Shown: one piece after another, positions 1 through 15,448 of the stretch
Layout of the letters: each line of letters begins with the position of its first letter
Position numbering within the stretch: the stretch's first letter is position 1
Source of the DNA: the human T2T-CHM13v2.0 reference genome, Homo sapiens
DNA length: 64,000 nucleotides
NCBI GenBank assembly: GCA_009914755.4
Contig: CP068257.2
Span: 37,760,001 to 37,824,000 of the forward strand
Reading direction: 5' to 3'
Program-made: the position numbers and the translations under genes
Notes under the pieces: model-generated
What the model saw: the letters and a program-made list of their open reading frames with translations, nothing else
Databases searched by the model: none
Told to the model about the DNA's origin: nothing

Positions 1-127
1 AAGAAGAAAGAGCTATAGCTGTTCTCCTGATAGACCTTCTAAAGTCTGTGTAAAGATCTTTTTTCCCTCTGTGAATTATATTCCTCAGAATAAGCAGTAT
101 AGTTGTTTCTGAATTGGTAAACAACTT

Positions 128-422
128 TTATTATTTTATTTTCTTGAGACAGGGTCTTGCTCTGTTGCCCAGGCTGGAGTGTAGTGGTGCAATCACAGCT
201 CACTGCAACCTCAACCTCCTGGGCTCAAGAGATCCTCGTGCCTCAGCCACCTGAGTAGCTAGGACTACAGATTTGAGTCACCATGCTCAGCTAATTGTTT
301 TTTTGCAGAGACAAGGTTTCGCCAGGTTGCCCAGGCTAGTCTCATACTCCTGGGCTCAGTTGATCTGCCACCTTGGCCTCCCAAAGTGCTAGGATCACAG
401 GCATGAGCCATCATGCCTGGCC
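128..422 (-). mobile_element. Alu SINE (antisense), full length
   Basis: Reverse-complement Alu blocks: T-rich tail/gagacagggtc, ccaggctggagtg, cctcccaaagtgctaggat, ggcatgagcc..cctggcc. Confidence 0.9.
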
Positions 423-600
423 AACAACTTTGATTATTTAAGGTATAATGTAACCTTGTTGGCTCTAGTCTCTGAACTGTGTTTCTCATTGTAATAATGA
501 TTCTAGCACTATTTTCCCCAAATATGTGCTTCTCCAAATGGTTTTCCTTCTTTTGCCTGAATTCACTACTATCTGATTGGCTTGCATAACCACTAAGTAA

Positions 601-1035
<435 letters not shown>

Positions 1036-1072
1036 TGAATACCCATATCACATTGACCAGGAATTAATTGAT

Positions 1073-1177
1073 TGTAGAGACGAAGTCTTGCTATGTTGCT
1101 CAGTGTGGTTTTGAACTCCTGGGTTCAAAACCCTCTCAAACTATTGGGATTACAGGCATGAGCTACCGTGCCCAGCC
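1073..1177 (-). mobile_element. Alu fragment (antisense, one monomer)
   Basis: gtagagacgaagtcttgctatgttgctcag...gggattacaggcatgagctaccgtgcccagcc. Confidence 0.7.
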
Positions 1178-1626
1178 TTTGACCAGGAATTTAAAATCCA
1201 CTTATTTTCATGATTTATATTGATTTCTGGCTGAAGCCAACACTCTTCACTGGATTTATTCAACTCACAGATTTCAATGTTTGGTTCCCTTCTTGTCCAC
1301 TTTAAGGTGCATTTTATGTGCAATAAAAGGTGTTCAGACATTTTAAAAAGATTCTCTTTGAAATTTTTTTAGGGACTCCTGAGCCTCTGACATATGTCCC
1401 AATTACCCTATTCTCAGGTCAGGCTGAGGTGGGGCATGTGCCTGGATCCATCGAACGGTGATTGATTGGAAGCAACTGATGTTATTTCTCCAGTAGTGCT
1501 TGGAAGCTTATGGTTTTCCTCTGGCAACCAACACCATGTTCATTAATAAACCAGTAATAGGCTTCTTCTCTGTGGAGTTTCTCTTGCTGCCATCTTGGTT
1601 CATTTTCACGAATGATTATGGTATTT

Positions 1627-2095
1627 ACAGTAGGCAGAATACTGTCCCCCCACCATGTCCACAACCTAATCCCCAGCACATGTGAATATGTTACTTTTTG
1701 TGGCAAATGGACTTTGCAGATGTAGTTAAGTTAACAATTTTAAATGGAGAGATTATTTTGGTTTAGCCACATGGATCCAGTATAATCACAAAGATTCTTC
1801 TAGAGTGAAAGAGGGAAGCAGGAGAGCCAGGGAAGATGTAACAATGGAAGCAGGAGTCAGAGAACTGTGCCTGCTGGATTTGACAAGGAAGAGGGATGCA
1901 AGACCAGGAACGCAGGCAGCCTCTAGAAGCTGGAAAAAGCAAAGAAATGGATTCTCCCGTGAACCACCAGAAGGAACTCAGCTTTGCTTTTATTTTTAGC
2001 CCAATAAGACTCATTTCAGGTATCTTTCTCCTGGAACTGTGAGATAATAAAGTTAAGCCACTGAGTTCATGGTAATATGTTACAGCAGCATTAAG
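1627..2095 (+). mobile_element. ERVL-MaLR-type solo LTR (MLT1/MST-like)
   Basis: Matches typical MaLR LTR text (ctgtgaatatgtta...ggcaaatggactttgcagatgt ... cctctagaagctggaaaa ... ctggaactgtgagataataaa..aagccactgagt..ggtaat.tgttacagcagc). Same family as the copy at 63545-64000. Subfamily not determinable by eye. Confidence 0.6.
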
Positions 2096-2536
2096 AAATG
2101 AACAGTCTTGTTCTTGTTATGAGCTTTGTTTACTATCTTAACCTGTGCTAGATGTAGATTGACTCATGCTGAAACACCCTGGCTCTCACATTGCTTTCCA
2201 TGTGTTGGAAGAGGGTCTCCGCCTTCCATTGTTGGTGCTTTTGTGAAGTGCTGCTCACAGGAAGCAACAGGAGAGGGTTGAGTTCTTCAGACTGGGTTGC
2301 CTGTGAAGCCCGGGTGCTGCTGCTTCTCTCCCACCGCTGCTGCAAAGTTGAGGACATGCTCCAGGGTTTTTTTTTTTTTTTTTTTTTGTTAGGAGTTCTC
2401 GACTGTCCAGGAATTAGGTAATCCTTTTCCTGAAGATAGGTGGCAGTGGGGTGTGGTAGTGGACTTCTCTTTAGCCAGAGGCAGAGACTGGGGGCGGGTG
2501 AAAGGGGTCCAGTGGGGTCGGGGCTGTCATCACTTT

Positions 2537-2846
2537 TCCTTTTTTTTTTCTTGTTTTTTGAGATTGAGTCTCTCTGTTGCTCAGGCTGGAGTGCAACAGT
2601 GTGATCTGGGCTCACTGCAATCTCCGCCTCCTGGGTTCAAGTGATTCTACTGCCTCAGCCTCTTGAGTAGCTGGGATTACAGGCGTGTGCCATGCGCCAC
2701 CACGCCCGACTAATTTTTGTATTTTTAGGAGAGATGGGTTTTCACCATGTTGATCAGGCTGGTCTCGAACTCCTGACCTCAGGTGATCTACCCACCTCGG
2801 CCTCCCAAAATACTGGGATTACAGGCATGAGCCACCATGCTTGGCC
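2537..2846 (-). mobile_element. Alu SINE (antisense)
   Basis: T-rich tail, gagattgagtctctctgttgctcaggctggagtgcaacagtg ... cctcccaaaatactgggattacaggcatgagccaccatgcttggcc. Confidence 0.9.
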
Positions 2847-3066
2847 TGTCATCACTTTTCAAGAGGCAGTTTCTCCTTCTAAATCCATCTCAATCTCCAG
2901 TGAGAGAGGAGCCAGGAGCCTGGCTGCCGTGCTGCGTGGTCCATCCAGGTGGAAGGGAAGGCTATGGAGGAGAGCCAGACTCCTGCTCTTTGTTTTGGTC
3001 AGTTCAGAAGTCACTTAACCAATAAGTCCTTTCAGGGAAGGAATTCACTCTACCACTACAGAATAG

Positions 3067-3590
<524 letters not shown>

Positions 3591-3605
3591 GCATAATTAT
3601 TTTAA

Positions 3606-3900
<295 letters not shown>

Positions 3901-3997
3901 CAATCTTGCATCATTTTGATTAGGAATTAGTCCTCAGAAACCAGTCATGGCAGCATGGCAGAAGAGACAGTTGAACATGTCTTGCTTTATCCACTAG

Positions 3998-4292
<295 letters not shown>

Positions 4293-4739
4293 TCACTTTG
4301 CATACATTTGAGTTGGGATTCTTTCGCTGCAAAACCTGATCTTCACCTAGATTCAGGTTAATTTATTAACTATTACTAATGATTGTGAACAGTGCATTCT
4401 ATTAAACTTATTTTTCAGGTATGCAGTTGTGTAAATTGGTTAGACTTACTACAGTGTTTAGATCTGGAACAAAAACGTAAGGCATTTTCCATGTAACTGC
4501 TTGGAACACGACAGTTACCTGCTACTATAAAAACGGTAGTTTTCTATTTATGGAAGAGTTTTTCTTAAACTTATCTAGAATTAAAAGTTAATTTAAAGAA
4601 AGTACTAATTATGACAAAAGCAGGGAGTCGTTAGCACTTGAAACCAGAGTTTGGTACTATGAGAAGGTTTTTAATTTTAAAAAGAAGGAAAAAAAGAAAC
4701 ACGGACGTCAGAAAACTGGTTCAGTAGGGATGGGTGCTA

Positions 4740-5480
4740 GAAGGCTACGGAACCGCCGAAGGCCCAGGAGAAACCCGGAACGTGTTAACCGCTCCAACTG
4801 GAGCCGGACGAAAAAACGGCCCCGCCTCCCGCGAGGGCGACGCAGTTCGCAGGCGCGTCGGCGCGCCTGTTCTGGGGCGCTTGGCTTCACCGCGCAGGCG
4901 CGGTCGCCGCTGTTGTTGTGGTCCCCATGGAGCTGCCGTAGCGGACCCAGCACAGCCAGGAGCGTCCGGGATGAGCTCAGCCGCGGCCGACCACTGGGCG
5001 TGGTTGCTGGTGCTCAGCTTCGTGTTTGGATGCAATGTTCTTAGGATCCTCCTCCCGTCCTTCTCATCCTTCGTAAGTGGCTGCCTGGCCTCCCAAGGGC
5101 CGGTGGGGATGCCGCCCCAGTCCCCCGGCGGGTCTGGCGTAGGTACAGGGGTCTCAACTGGGCGACTGAAGGCCGTAGTAGCGTCTTGGTTGGTCCGTAA
5201 GCTTTTTTGAGATAGTTGTTAGCGTCTAAAAGGTACGACGCTTTACCCCAAAATCAGACTTTCTGGGTTCTAGGGGGTTGGGAGAAACACCGGGCAACCC
5301 TGGACTCTTCTGGCTGTGGGTGGCGGCGGCGAACCTCACACTGGGAGTTCCTAGTGCCCCGCTGTCAGCCTCGTTTCCGTTAATCCTGGTTCCTAGAGGC
5401 ATTCGAGCAGCCCTCGGCCAGGGTTTCCCAGAGGCCTGGCGGGCGAAGTCAGCTGTTCCAGGTCCCGGAGAGATGGATCC
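4740..5480 (+). promoter_or_regulatory. GET1: CpG island / TATA-less promoter of GET1 (WRB); transcription start estimated near 4875-4890
   Basis: Very high CpG density, e.g. cggaaccgccgaagg, ggccccgcctcccgcgagggcgacgc (GC box), gcaggcgcgtcggcgcgcc. ETS-like ccggaa motifs at about 4751 and 4776. It immediately precedes the GET1 start codon at 4971. The start-site position is inferred, not seen. Confidence 0.75.
4971..5072 (+). CDS. GET1: GET1/WRB exon 1 coding part, MSSAAADHWAWLLVLSFVFGCNVLRILLPSFSSF (34 codons, phase 0). The exon itself probably starts near 4880 (5'UTR)
   Basis: ATG at 4971. Donor is ttc|gtaagt at 5072/5073. The translated peptide matches my recollection of the WRB N-terminus, and the splice chain gives a 174-aa ORF. 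Confidence 0.9.
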
Positions 5481-6255
5481 TCGCGTCCAGGAGCCCACAT
5501 TCTTGGGGTGGGTAGGGTGGGAGACAGGTGTAGAGAGAATCTCAGTACAGCGTGATGCCTTCAGTATCCAAGGGAGCAACCAGGTTGGGGAACACTCTCT
5601 TTCTGCCAGGTAGTGAGTACATTACCTCTGTCTCACGGCTGCTGGGAGAGGCGAGTATTATCATCCCACCCTCCTTTACCTCCCGGAGGAGTCTGGCTCA
5701 AGAGAATTTAGTGGTGGCACTAAGTCATCCACCTAGTGACTGGAGGTGGAGATTTGATTGCCTTTTGGAGCAGGGATAGGGATTTGGTGGCAAATTGGAC
5801 AGGGCGTGGTGGGGTGTGGCCATGGAAGGCGGGGGTACCTTGGGAACTGTCCCCGAGAATGAGCGCCCTCCGTATGCCCACAGCAGAAATGAGGAGCTGT
5901 TGGGCAAAGGCGGAGTCCTCAAAGATTGGGCGCATTCGTTTCAGCGTTGTCTTGGAAAACAGTTCTTGCTTTTCTCTCCTAAGATAAATTGGTAGTAGTG
6001 GAGGATATTTTATTCCACCAGTATTCATTGAGTGCCTGTTTTGTGCAAAACTCTATTCTTACTCTCTCAATTGTCCTACTGTCTGCATTGTCCTGAGATA
6101 TAGGGAATTCTCTTTTAACCCCTGAGTCTCCTTCAGAATCTTTCCTGATGCTATCCAGTCTTTAAGATGATGTCTCAGGCATTGCATAAAAGACTCCTGA
6201 TGAGCTGGCCCATGCTCATCTTCTTGTTTTTAATTGTAAAATACACATAATATGA

Positions 6256-9145
<2,890 letters not shown>

Positions 9146-9335
9146 GACAATTTTTTTTTTTTTTTTTAACTTTTAAGTTCAGGGATACATGTGCGGGTTT
9201 GTTATATAGGTAAACTTGTGTCATGGGTGTTTGTTGTACAGATTATTTCGTCACCCAGTTATTAAGTCTAGTATTCATTAGTTATTTTTCCTGATTGTCT
9301 CCCTCCCACCCCCTATCCTCCACCCTCCAAAATAG
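9146..9335 (-). mobile_element. L1 3'-end fragment (antisense: poly-T = L1 A-tail, then 3'UTR)
   Basis: tttttttttttttttttaacttttaagttcagggatacatgtgcgggtttgttatataggtaaacttgtgtcatgg...ccctcccaccccctatcctccaccc resembles reverse-complemented L1 3'UTR. Confidence 0.6.
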
Positions 9336-9599
9336 AAAAATTTGTTTTTAGAGGCCGGGTCTTGCTCTGTGACTCAGGACCTGTGGCCACATCCTGTGCT
9401 GCCTCATACAACCTTATGGCCTCTCTAACCTCAACCCAGTTAGCTTTCCTAAACCCATTTCCCTATGATTGTTAACACTTGTTGTTAGCCAGGTTCAGAA
9501 GGATAACATAATTATTATCCCAGCAGAGTACACCCACCCTGTAATCGGTAAGAGAGATGTTTGGCCTGGTCACTGGGTTTGTGGTGAGAGTCTGTGAAA

Positions 9600-10940
9600 A
9601 GCTGTAAGGAACGCGCTGGTCTTCAGTAGGGTCAAATGCTGCTCCTTCACCATCGTCAGAGGCTACTTCATCACAGCCTCTCTGATTTGAGGATTCAAGT
9701 GGGAAAGACTCATGACAAGCAGCAGAAAGTCGAATTGGGAAAACAGTGCCCTCAGGGATGGGGCCGCGCTCAGGTACTTAGATTATAACCTCCGTTGGGA
9801 TGTTTCTGAAGCTTTCGTCTTAGCAGAAGTTAGGGAGGCAGCACCCCGATCTCAGCACTCAGTCTAGGCCGCACTGGTCCCCGCACTGGTCTCCCCCCTC
9901 CCCCCGCGTGAGGCCTTAGGAGGTCTGAAGTATCAGAAGTCCTTGGGCCAGTTAAGCCTAGCAAGGTCCTGGGAGGCGATCTCAGCTGTCCGCTGCGGTG
10001 GGGGTGGGATGCCTGGTAAGGACACCAAGTCCGTGGTGTTGGCGTGGTTGGAATTTTCCTGGGATCGCTCCCTTCTCTTCAAGCTGGTCACGGGGACGCA
10101 TGGTTGAGAGCGCCTAGTTCATTCAGTAGGTGGTCCAGGACTTTCTTCAGCTATAGAGGGGAACAAAGACGCCTTTGGTGAGCACCGGCTCTGCAGCTCT
10201 GCGGGTGCAGGGGAGGTGTACTGCGTAGGTGCCCCAGGACTGGCGGGGGCTGAGGGTCCATGCGAACGGCACTACTACGCAGGCGTCGCAGGACTGGCCC
10301 GGGCTCAAGGTCCGTGCAAACTGCATGCACTGCGCAGGTGCTCCAGGACTCGCGCGGGGTCAAAGTCCATGCAAGCCGCACGCACTGCACAGGTGCCCCA
10401 GGACTGGCACGGGCTCAGAGTCCACGCATACCGCACACACTGCGCAGGCGCTCCAGGACTGGCGCGGGCTCAGAGTCTATGCAAACCGCATACACTGTGC
10501 AGGCGCCCTAGGACTGGCGCTGGCTCAGGGTCCCTGCGAGCTGCACGCACTGCGCAGGCGCCCCAGAGCTGGTGTGGGCTGAGTGGCCACACGAGCCACA
10601 TGCACTGCGCAGGCGCCAGGAGGCCCTTCCTCTCAATCCGAGCTTTGCAGATGAAGGACTCTGCGTGTGTTGCCTTCTGGGCTTACGGGCCGAGTGCCCT
10701 TTGAGATTCAACTTTTTCTAAATTATCCTTCACTTTCTGCTGTAAAGAGTGGCCACCTCCTTTTTCCTCTAGGGGACTGAAGCGAGAGGAGGATATTGCA
10801 GGGTTTGCCTCTGTGGTCATCTTCTTAGAGAGCACCCCCTCCGCCCCCACACCCTTTTCCTCAGAGCCGTTGCTTAGTGAGTCCCTGCCATGGACCAGGC
10901 TTGGGAATGGTCCCCAAGTATTAGTTTAGGAGGACGACTC
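9600..10940. promoter_or_regulatory. GET1: Intragenic CpG-rich island in GET1 intron 1 (unique CpG-retaining DNA + GC-rich VNTR + CpG-bearing flank). Candidate DMR or internal promoter
   Basis: Dense CpGs in 9600-10150 (cgcgctgg, gccgcgctc, ccccccgcgtgagg, tccgctgcggtgg, cacggggacgcatgg...), in the tandem array at 10195-10640, and in 10960-11110 (agaagcgcgcttgtgaagtgcgcatgtgcggg, gccggtagg, ggccgagag). Confidence 0.6.
10195..10640. repeat. GC-rich minisatellite/VNTR, 57-bp unit x about 8 copies
   Basis: Repeating unit approximately cactgcgcaggcgccccaggactggcgcgggctcagagtccatgcaaaccgcacaca, with copy-to-copy variants. The six-frame track shows the same 19-aa peptide repeating in three frames (AGAPGLARAQSLCKPHTLC etc.), i.e. 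a 57-nt periodicity. Confidence 0.9.
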
Positions 10941-11435
10941 TCTGCTTCACAGGACCTACCCCAGAATCCTGTGACTCAGAAGCGCGCTTGTGAAGTGCGC
11001 ATGTGCGGGCAGGGCCTCCAGTGGGGCTCTCGTGGGGGCAGCAGCCAAGGACTGGGGCTGGTGGCCTGGAGAGCTGCCCGCTTCTCCGCCCTTGCCGGTA
11101 GGGTTCCTGGCCGAGAGTGGCATCTGGGGCTGTTCAGGGTCTGGAGCTTCCTGAGTTGGAAGACCCTGTCCTCTGTGTTCAGGGACTCAGGGTGACCTGA
11201 GTTGGTGGTTCCTGGGTTTGCCTGCTCTACTGCTGGCAGGGACTAGCACGGGGTGTGCACGTTGTCATGCCATCAATTAATTCAGAGATTCACTTTTGTT
11301 CTAAAAATTAATATTTGCATTATTACATTTAGATTCATATTAAATCTTACACTGCATGATTCTAGAACATTTTAACACTTATACGTGGGTCTTGGATTAA
11401 CATTGATACATATTTGCAAATTTATACTTTAAAAC

Positions 11436-11740
11436 TTTTTTTTTTTTAGAGACAGGGTCTCACTCTGTTGCCAAGGCTGTAGTGTGGTGGTGCCATCATA
11501 ACTCACAGCAGCCTCAACCTTTCGGGCTCAAGTGATCCCTCCCTCCCCGCCTCAGCCTCCTGAGTAGCTGGGGCCACACGGACCACAGGCGTGCACCACC
11601 ACACCTGACTAATTTTTAATTTTTTGGTAGAGATTGGGTCTTGCTATGTTGCCCCGCCTGGTCTCGAACTCCTGGGCTCAAACGATCTTCCCGCGTCAGT
11701 CTCCGAAAGTGCTGGGATTACTGCACTGCGCCTGGCTCAG
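11436..11740 (-). mobile_element. Alu SINE (antisense)
   Basis: poly-T, agagacagggtctcactctgttgccaaggctgtagtgtggtgg ... ctccgaaagtgctgggattactgcactgcgcctggc. Confidence 0.85.
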
Positions 11741-12678
11741 ACAGTTTTTATTGTGCTTATACATGTAATAGATGTAATTATTTTTTCAAGCACCAGTTGT
11801 TTTTGTTAACCTTACAAAGCTGCCTTCAGTTTTCCTGAAGTTCACCCTTCTGCCTTCACTCACCTCCCATTCCTGAGTTGTTTTGTGTATTCCCTATAAT
11901 GCTAAATAATGTCTTGGAATCTCTTTTTCTTTTTAAAATATGGTTTTAAAAGTCAGATTTATTGAAGTGTAATTTGTATAAGGCGAAATTATCAAAAAGT
12001 CCTTAGCAGTGTCTGTAGATTTTCCTTGCTTTTGAAAGATAATTTTGTGATTCATCTAAGAGAATTTGGCCCATTCCTATTTCCTTCTCCAGAGTGGATC
12101 AGGCTGGAGTATAGCTCCTTCGGTTATAGTGCTGGGTAGTGGCCAGGGCAGAGGCACCACAAAGAGAGCTGGATTTGAACCCCCTACTCCCTGCGCAAAG
12201 GCTGCCAGAAGCTGCGCTGCAGTGAACACGCTGCGCATGAGCCCCTAGACCCCTCCACCCCCCCTACTCCCCACACTCCCCCCCCCCACTTTTGCCTCAT
12301 CACGCAGGCGCTGGTAGGCGGCATCACTGGGCGGGTCAGAAACCACGCGCATGCGCAGACACCCTCAGGCGACTGGCGGGTCGCGGCTTCCAAGCTCTAA
12401 ATGGAGAGTTGTCCCTACTGTGCGGCAGGCGGAGGAGACCTGTAAGCTGGAAGGGGGAGGGGGGGGGATCTGATTTATTGTGTGCCAGGCACACTTTAGA
12501 TACACTATAACATTTCGTCTTTATTAATCTATTTTTAAAATTTCGAAACAAACACAAATGTGCAGAAAAGTTATATACAGTCAATACCGATAACTGATTT
12601 TGTTTCCTGAACCATTTGGAAGTTGTCAACCCAAACCCCCTCATTCCGAGATACTTTGGTATTCAAAAGAATCTTGGG

Positions 12679-12910
12679 GGCCGGGCACAGTGGCTCACGC
12701 CTTTAATCCCAGCACTTTGGGAGGCCGAGGCTGGCGGATCGCTTGAGCTCAGGAGTTCACTGGCAACATAGTGAAACCGTGTGTCTACTAAAACTAAAAA
12801 AAAATTAGTCGAGTGTGGTGGTGCAGGCCTGTAGTCCCAGATGCTCAGGAGGCTCAGGTGGGAGTATCGCTTGAGCCCAGGAAGTCGAGGTTGCAGTGAG
12901 CCGAGATCTA
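12679..12910 (+). mobile_element. Alu SINE (sense, 3'-truncated)
   Basis: ggccgggcacagtggctcacgcctttaatcccagcactttgggaggccgaggctggcggatcgcttgagctcaggagttc ... gcaggcctgtagtcccagatgctcaggaggctcaggtgggag. Confidence 0.85.
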
Positions 12911-13631
12911 ATGCAGGCGTCAAGTACGTTACCACGATCTGATCCTCAGACCCCATGCAGGTTCCCCACGTTTCGCAGTAATGTCCTTAACAGGGAAAGG
13001 ACCCAGTTCGGAATCATGCATTGCATTTCCCGGCCTCTAGCCTCCTGTCTGGAGGAGTTTCCCAGTCTTCCCTTGACTTTCATGGCTGTCATTTGTGGGT
13101 GTCAGAGGCCAGTGATTTCGCAGAAGGGACGCCTACTGGCATGTCTGATACTTGGTAGGGATTTCTGAGAGGCAGTGCTGTGTTCTCATTGTGTCTCATC
13201 CGCTGGTGTGGGACTGGGATTTGGGGATGTTCGCTGATCCCTTGGGGTAGGTGCCAGAGGCGCCACTGAGGGATCTGGTCTTGGGGCGCCCGCGCAGTCC
13301 TTGGACTAGGCCTTCCCGGCAGATCTGCGGGCGCCACCTGGCGGTCACTGCCGACTCCTCCGTTGCGCTCCAGTCACCTCTCCCATCCCGGTGCCGTGGC
13401 CGGGCGGTTCCCTGGAGAGTGGACGGCTGGGGCTGGTGCAGGGAACAGGGGCCTGCGGGGGCTGCGCAGGCGGGCCTCCAGGTCATGCGGGGCCCCTCTG
13501 CTCACAGGGACCAGCCAGGCCAGCCTGGGGAGCGTGCTTCTTTGTTTATGTCTGTATTTCTCTGCCTATCTGTGGAAACCACAGATCTCCAATTGAAGCC
13601 AACACCACAAGATTCATTCTGCTTCTCTCCG

Positions 13632-13700
13632 AGACGCCTGCCTGCCTGCCTTCCTTCCTTCCTTCCTCCCTCCCTTCCTCCCTTCTTCCCTTCCTTCCTT
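13632..13700. repeat. (TTCC)n/(CCTTCC)n simple repeat
   Basis: cctgcctgccttccttccttccttcctccctcccttcctcccttcttcccttccttccttcacc. Confidence 0.9.
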
Positions 13701-13714
13701 CACCAGGTTATGAA

Positions 13715-14028
<314 letters not shown>

Positions 14029-15282
14029 CTGAGGCATCTTTCTAAGTGTCTTTGTTGAAAGTGAGAAGACTGGCTTCCGTTACTCTCAATATGTTTATTT
14101 CTGTGATCACCCTTTTGTAATTAATCTCTGGTGTCCACCGCCCACTGTTACCCAAGTGAATGCATGCCTCTCCCCACCTGGGCTCCGACCCTGGCAGGGT
14201 TCCTTCTTGTCTTGTATGTCTGTCTCCCTCACCCTACAGACCCTGACTCCTGTGTCAGGCTGCCCTTTCTTGGGGACCCCTGTATCACCATGCCTGGCCC
14301 TGATGCCTCTTGCCAGGGTGCCATTCTGTGGGAAGGCCCTCTGCACTGAGCTTGGGCACTGACATTCTGCCCTGGGCCCCTGCCTCACCACTGTTACCCT
14401 GCACCTGCACCTTGCTCTGCCCCGTCTAATCTAGGACTGAATTCTTCTGGGAGGGGAGAGGTTACATGTTCCCTGTCACTGGAATAACAGCTCTGGTGAT
14501 GGAATTGGTTTTCATTTCACAATTGCAATTTTATTTATAGTGAAACAGACAAACATTTGTATTGGAGCAAATTCATGGGCATATCTGTAAAAGGAAAAAT
14601 ATAGTTTGAATAGCAATTTGAATATGAGTTTTTTTTTTTTTTTTTTTGTGGTCGTTATAGGGAGCCGAAAAAGGCAGCAGAGGCTGGCTGTGTAGGTAGA
14701 GGGCAGCTTGCCCAGTTGGCAGAGGTGGGAGTAGGATGTTGGAGGAAGGTGTACCGGTTCTGTCTGGCCAAACCCATGCTGGAGTCACCTCAAAAGCAGT
14801 GGCAGGGGAGTTCCCTCAAGGGGCTGCTCCAGACTGCCTGGAGATGGGGCTGGCTTGGATTCCAAAGAAAGAAGCACTAAACGCCAGGGTGATAAGTCCA
14901 CAGCATTCATGACGGGAACTTACAAGAGCTGCGGCAGTCCCGGGACAGCCAGTGAGAGAAAGGGACATTTACCTAGGGCTGTCTGCCACCCGGGGGTTGG
15001 GGTATGGAGTGTATGTGGGAGTTTAAGGACTTTGTCATGGTGGGGCTAGTTTGTAGGTGTTTCTCAGCAGGATGAATCTCCCAGTGTTCTCCAGCAACAG
15101 CCTTTGCTCTTTATCAGTCCTGGGAACGTTCACGGCCGCAGTTTGCATTCAGTCCTGCAGGGACGCACACAACTGGCTGGGTCACAGAGTGGTCAGGGCA
15201 TAGACAGAAAGTAGCGGGGGACTGGGGAACCCTCCTGTGACCCGTGTTGGAAGGTGCTGATCCCCGTTGTCCGCCCTGCCAG

Positions 15283-15448
15283 ATGTCCAGGGTGCTGCAG
15301 AAGGACGCGGAGCAGGAGTCACAGATGAGAGCGGAGATCCAGGACATGAAGCAGGAGCTCTCCACAGTCAACATGATGGACGAGTTTGCCAGATATGCCA
15401 GGCTGGAAAGAAAGATCAACAAGATGACGGATAAGCTCAAAACCCATG
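15283..15448 (+). CDS. GET1: GET1/WRB exon 2, MSRVLQKDAEQESQMRAEIQDMKQELSTVNMMDEFARYARLERKINKMTDKLKTH + 1 nt (166 nt)
   Basis: Acceptor ccgccctgccag|atg at 15282/15283 and donor catg|gtactg at 15448/15449. Frame is continuous with exon 1 (phase 0) and exon 3. Confidence 0.92.

Noticed and set aside
4734-5210. 158-aa ORF extending the GET1 exon-1 frame upstream and downstream
   Set aside because: The ORF is open only because the CpG island is stop-poor. The real CDS starts at ATG 4971 and leaves the frame at the GT donor at 5073. The upstream part is promoter/5'UTR.
10216-10704. 162-aa, 117-aa and 83-aa overlapping ORFs over the GC-rich interval
   Set aside because: All three frames are open only because of the 57-bp (19-codon) tandem repeat, and the peptides are repeat translations (AGAPGLARAQSLCKPHTLC...). 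This is a minisatellite, not coding.
12130-12190. tRNA-like string gctggatttgaaccc (resembles reverse-complemented T-arm GGTTCGAATCC)
   Set aside because: No acceptor stem, anticodon arm or CCA-compatible end could be paired by eye. More likely a chance match or the head of a decayed tRNA-derived SINE.
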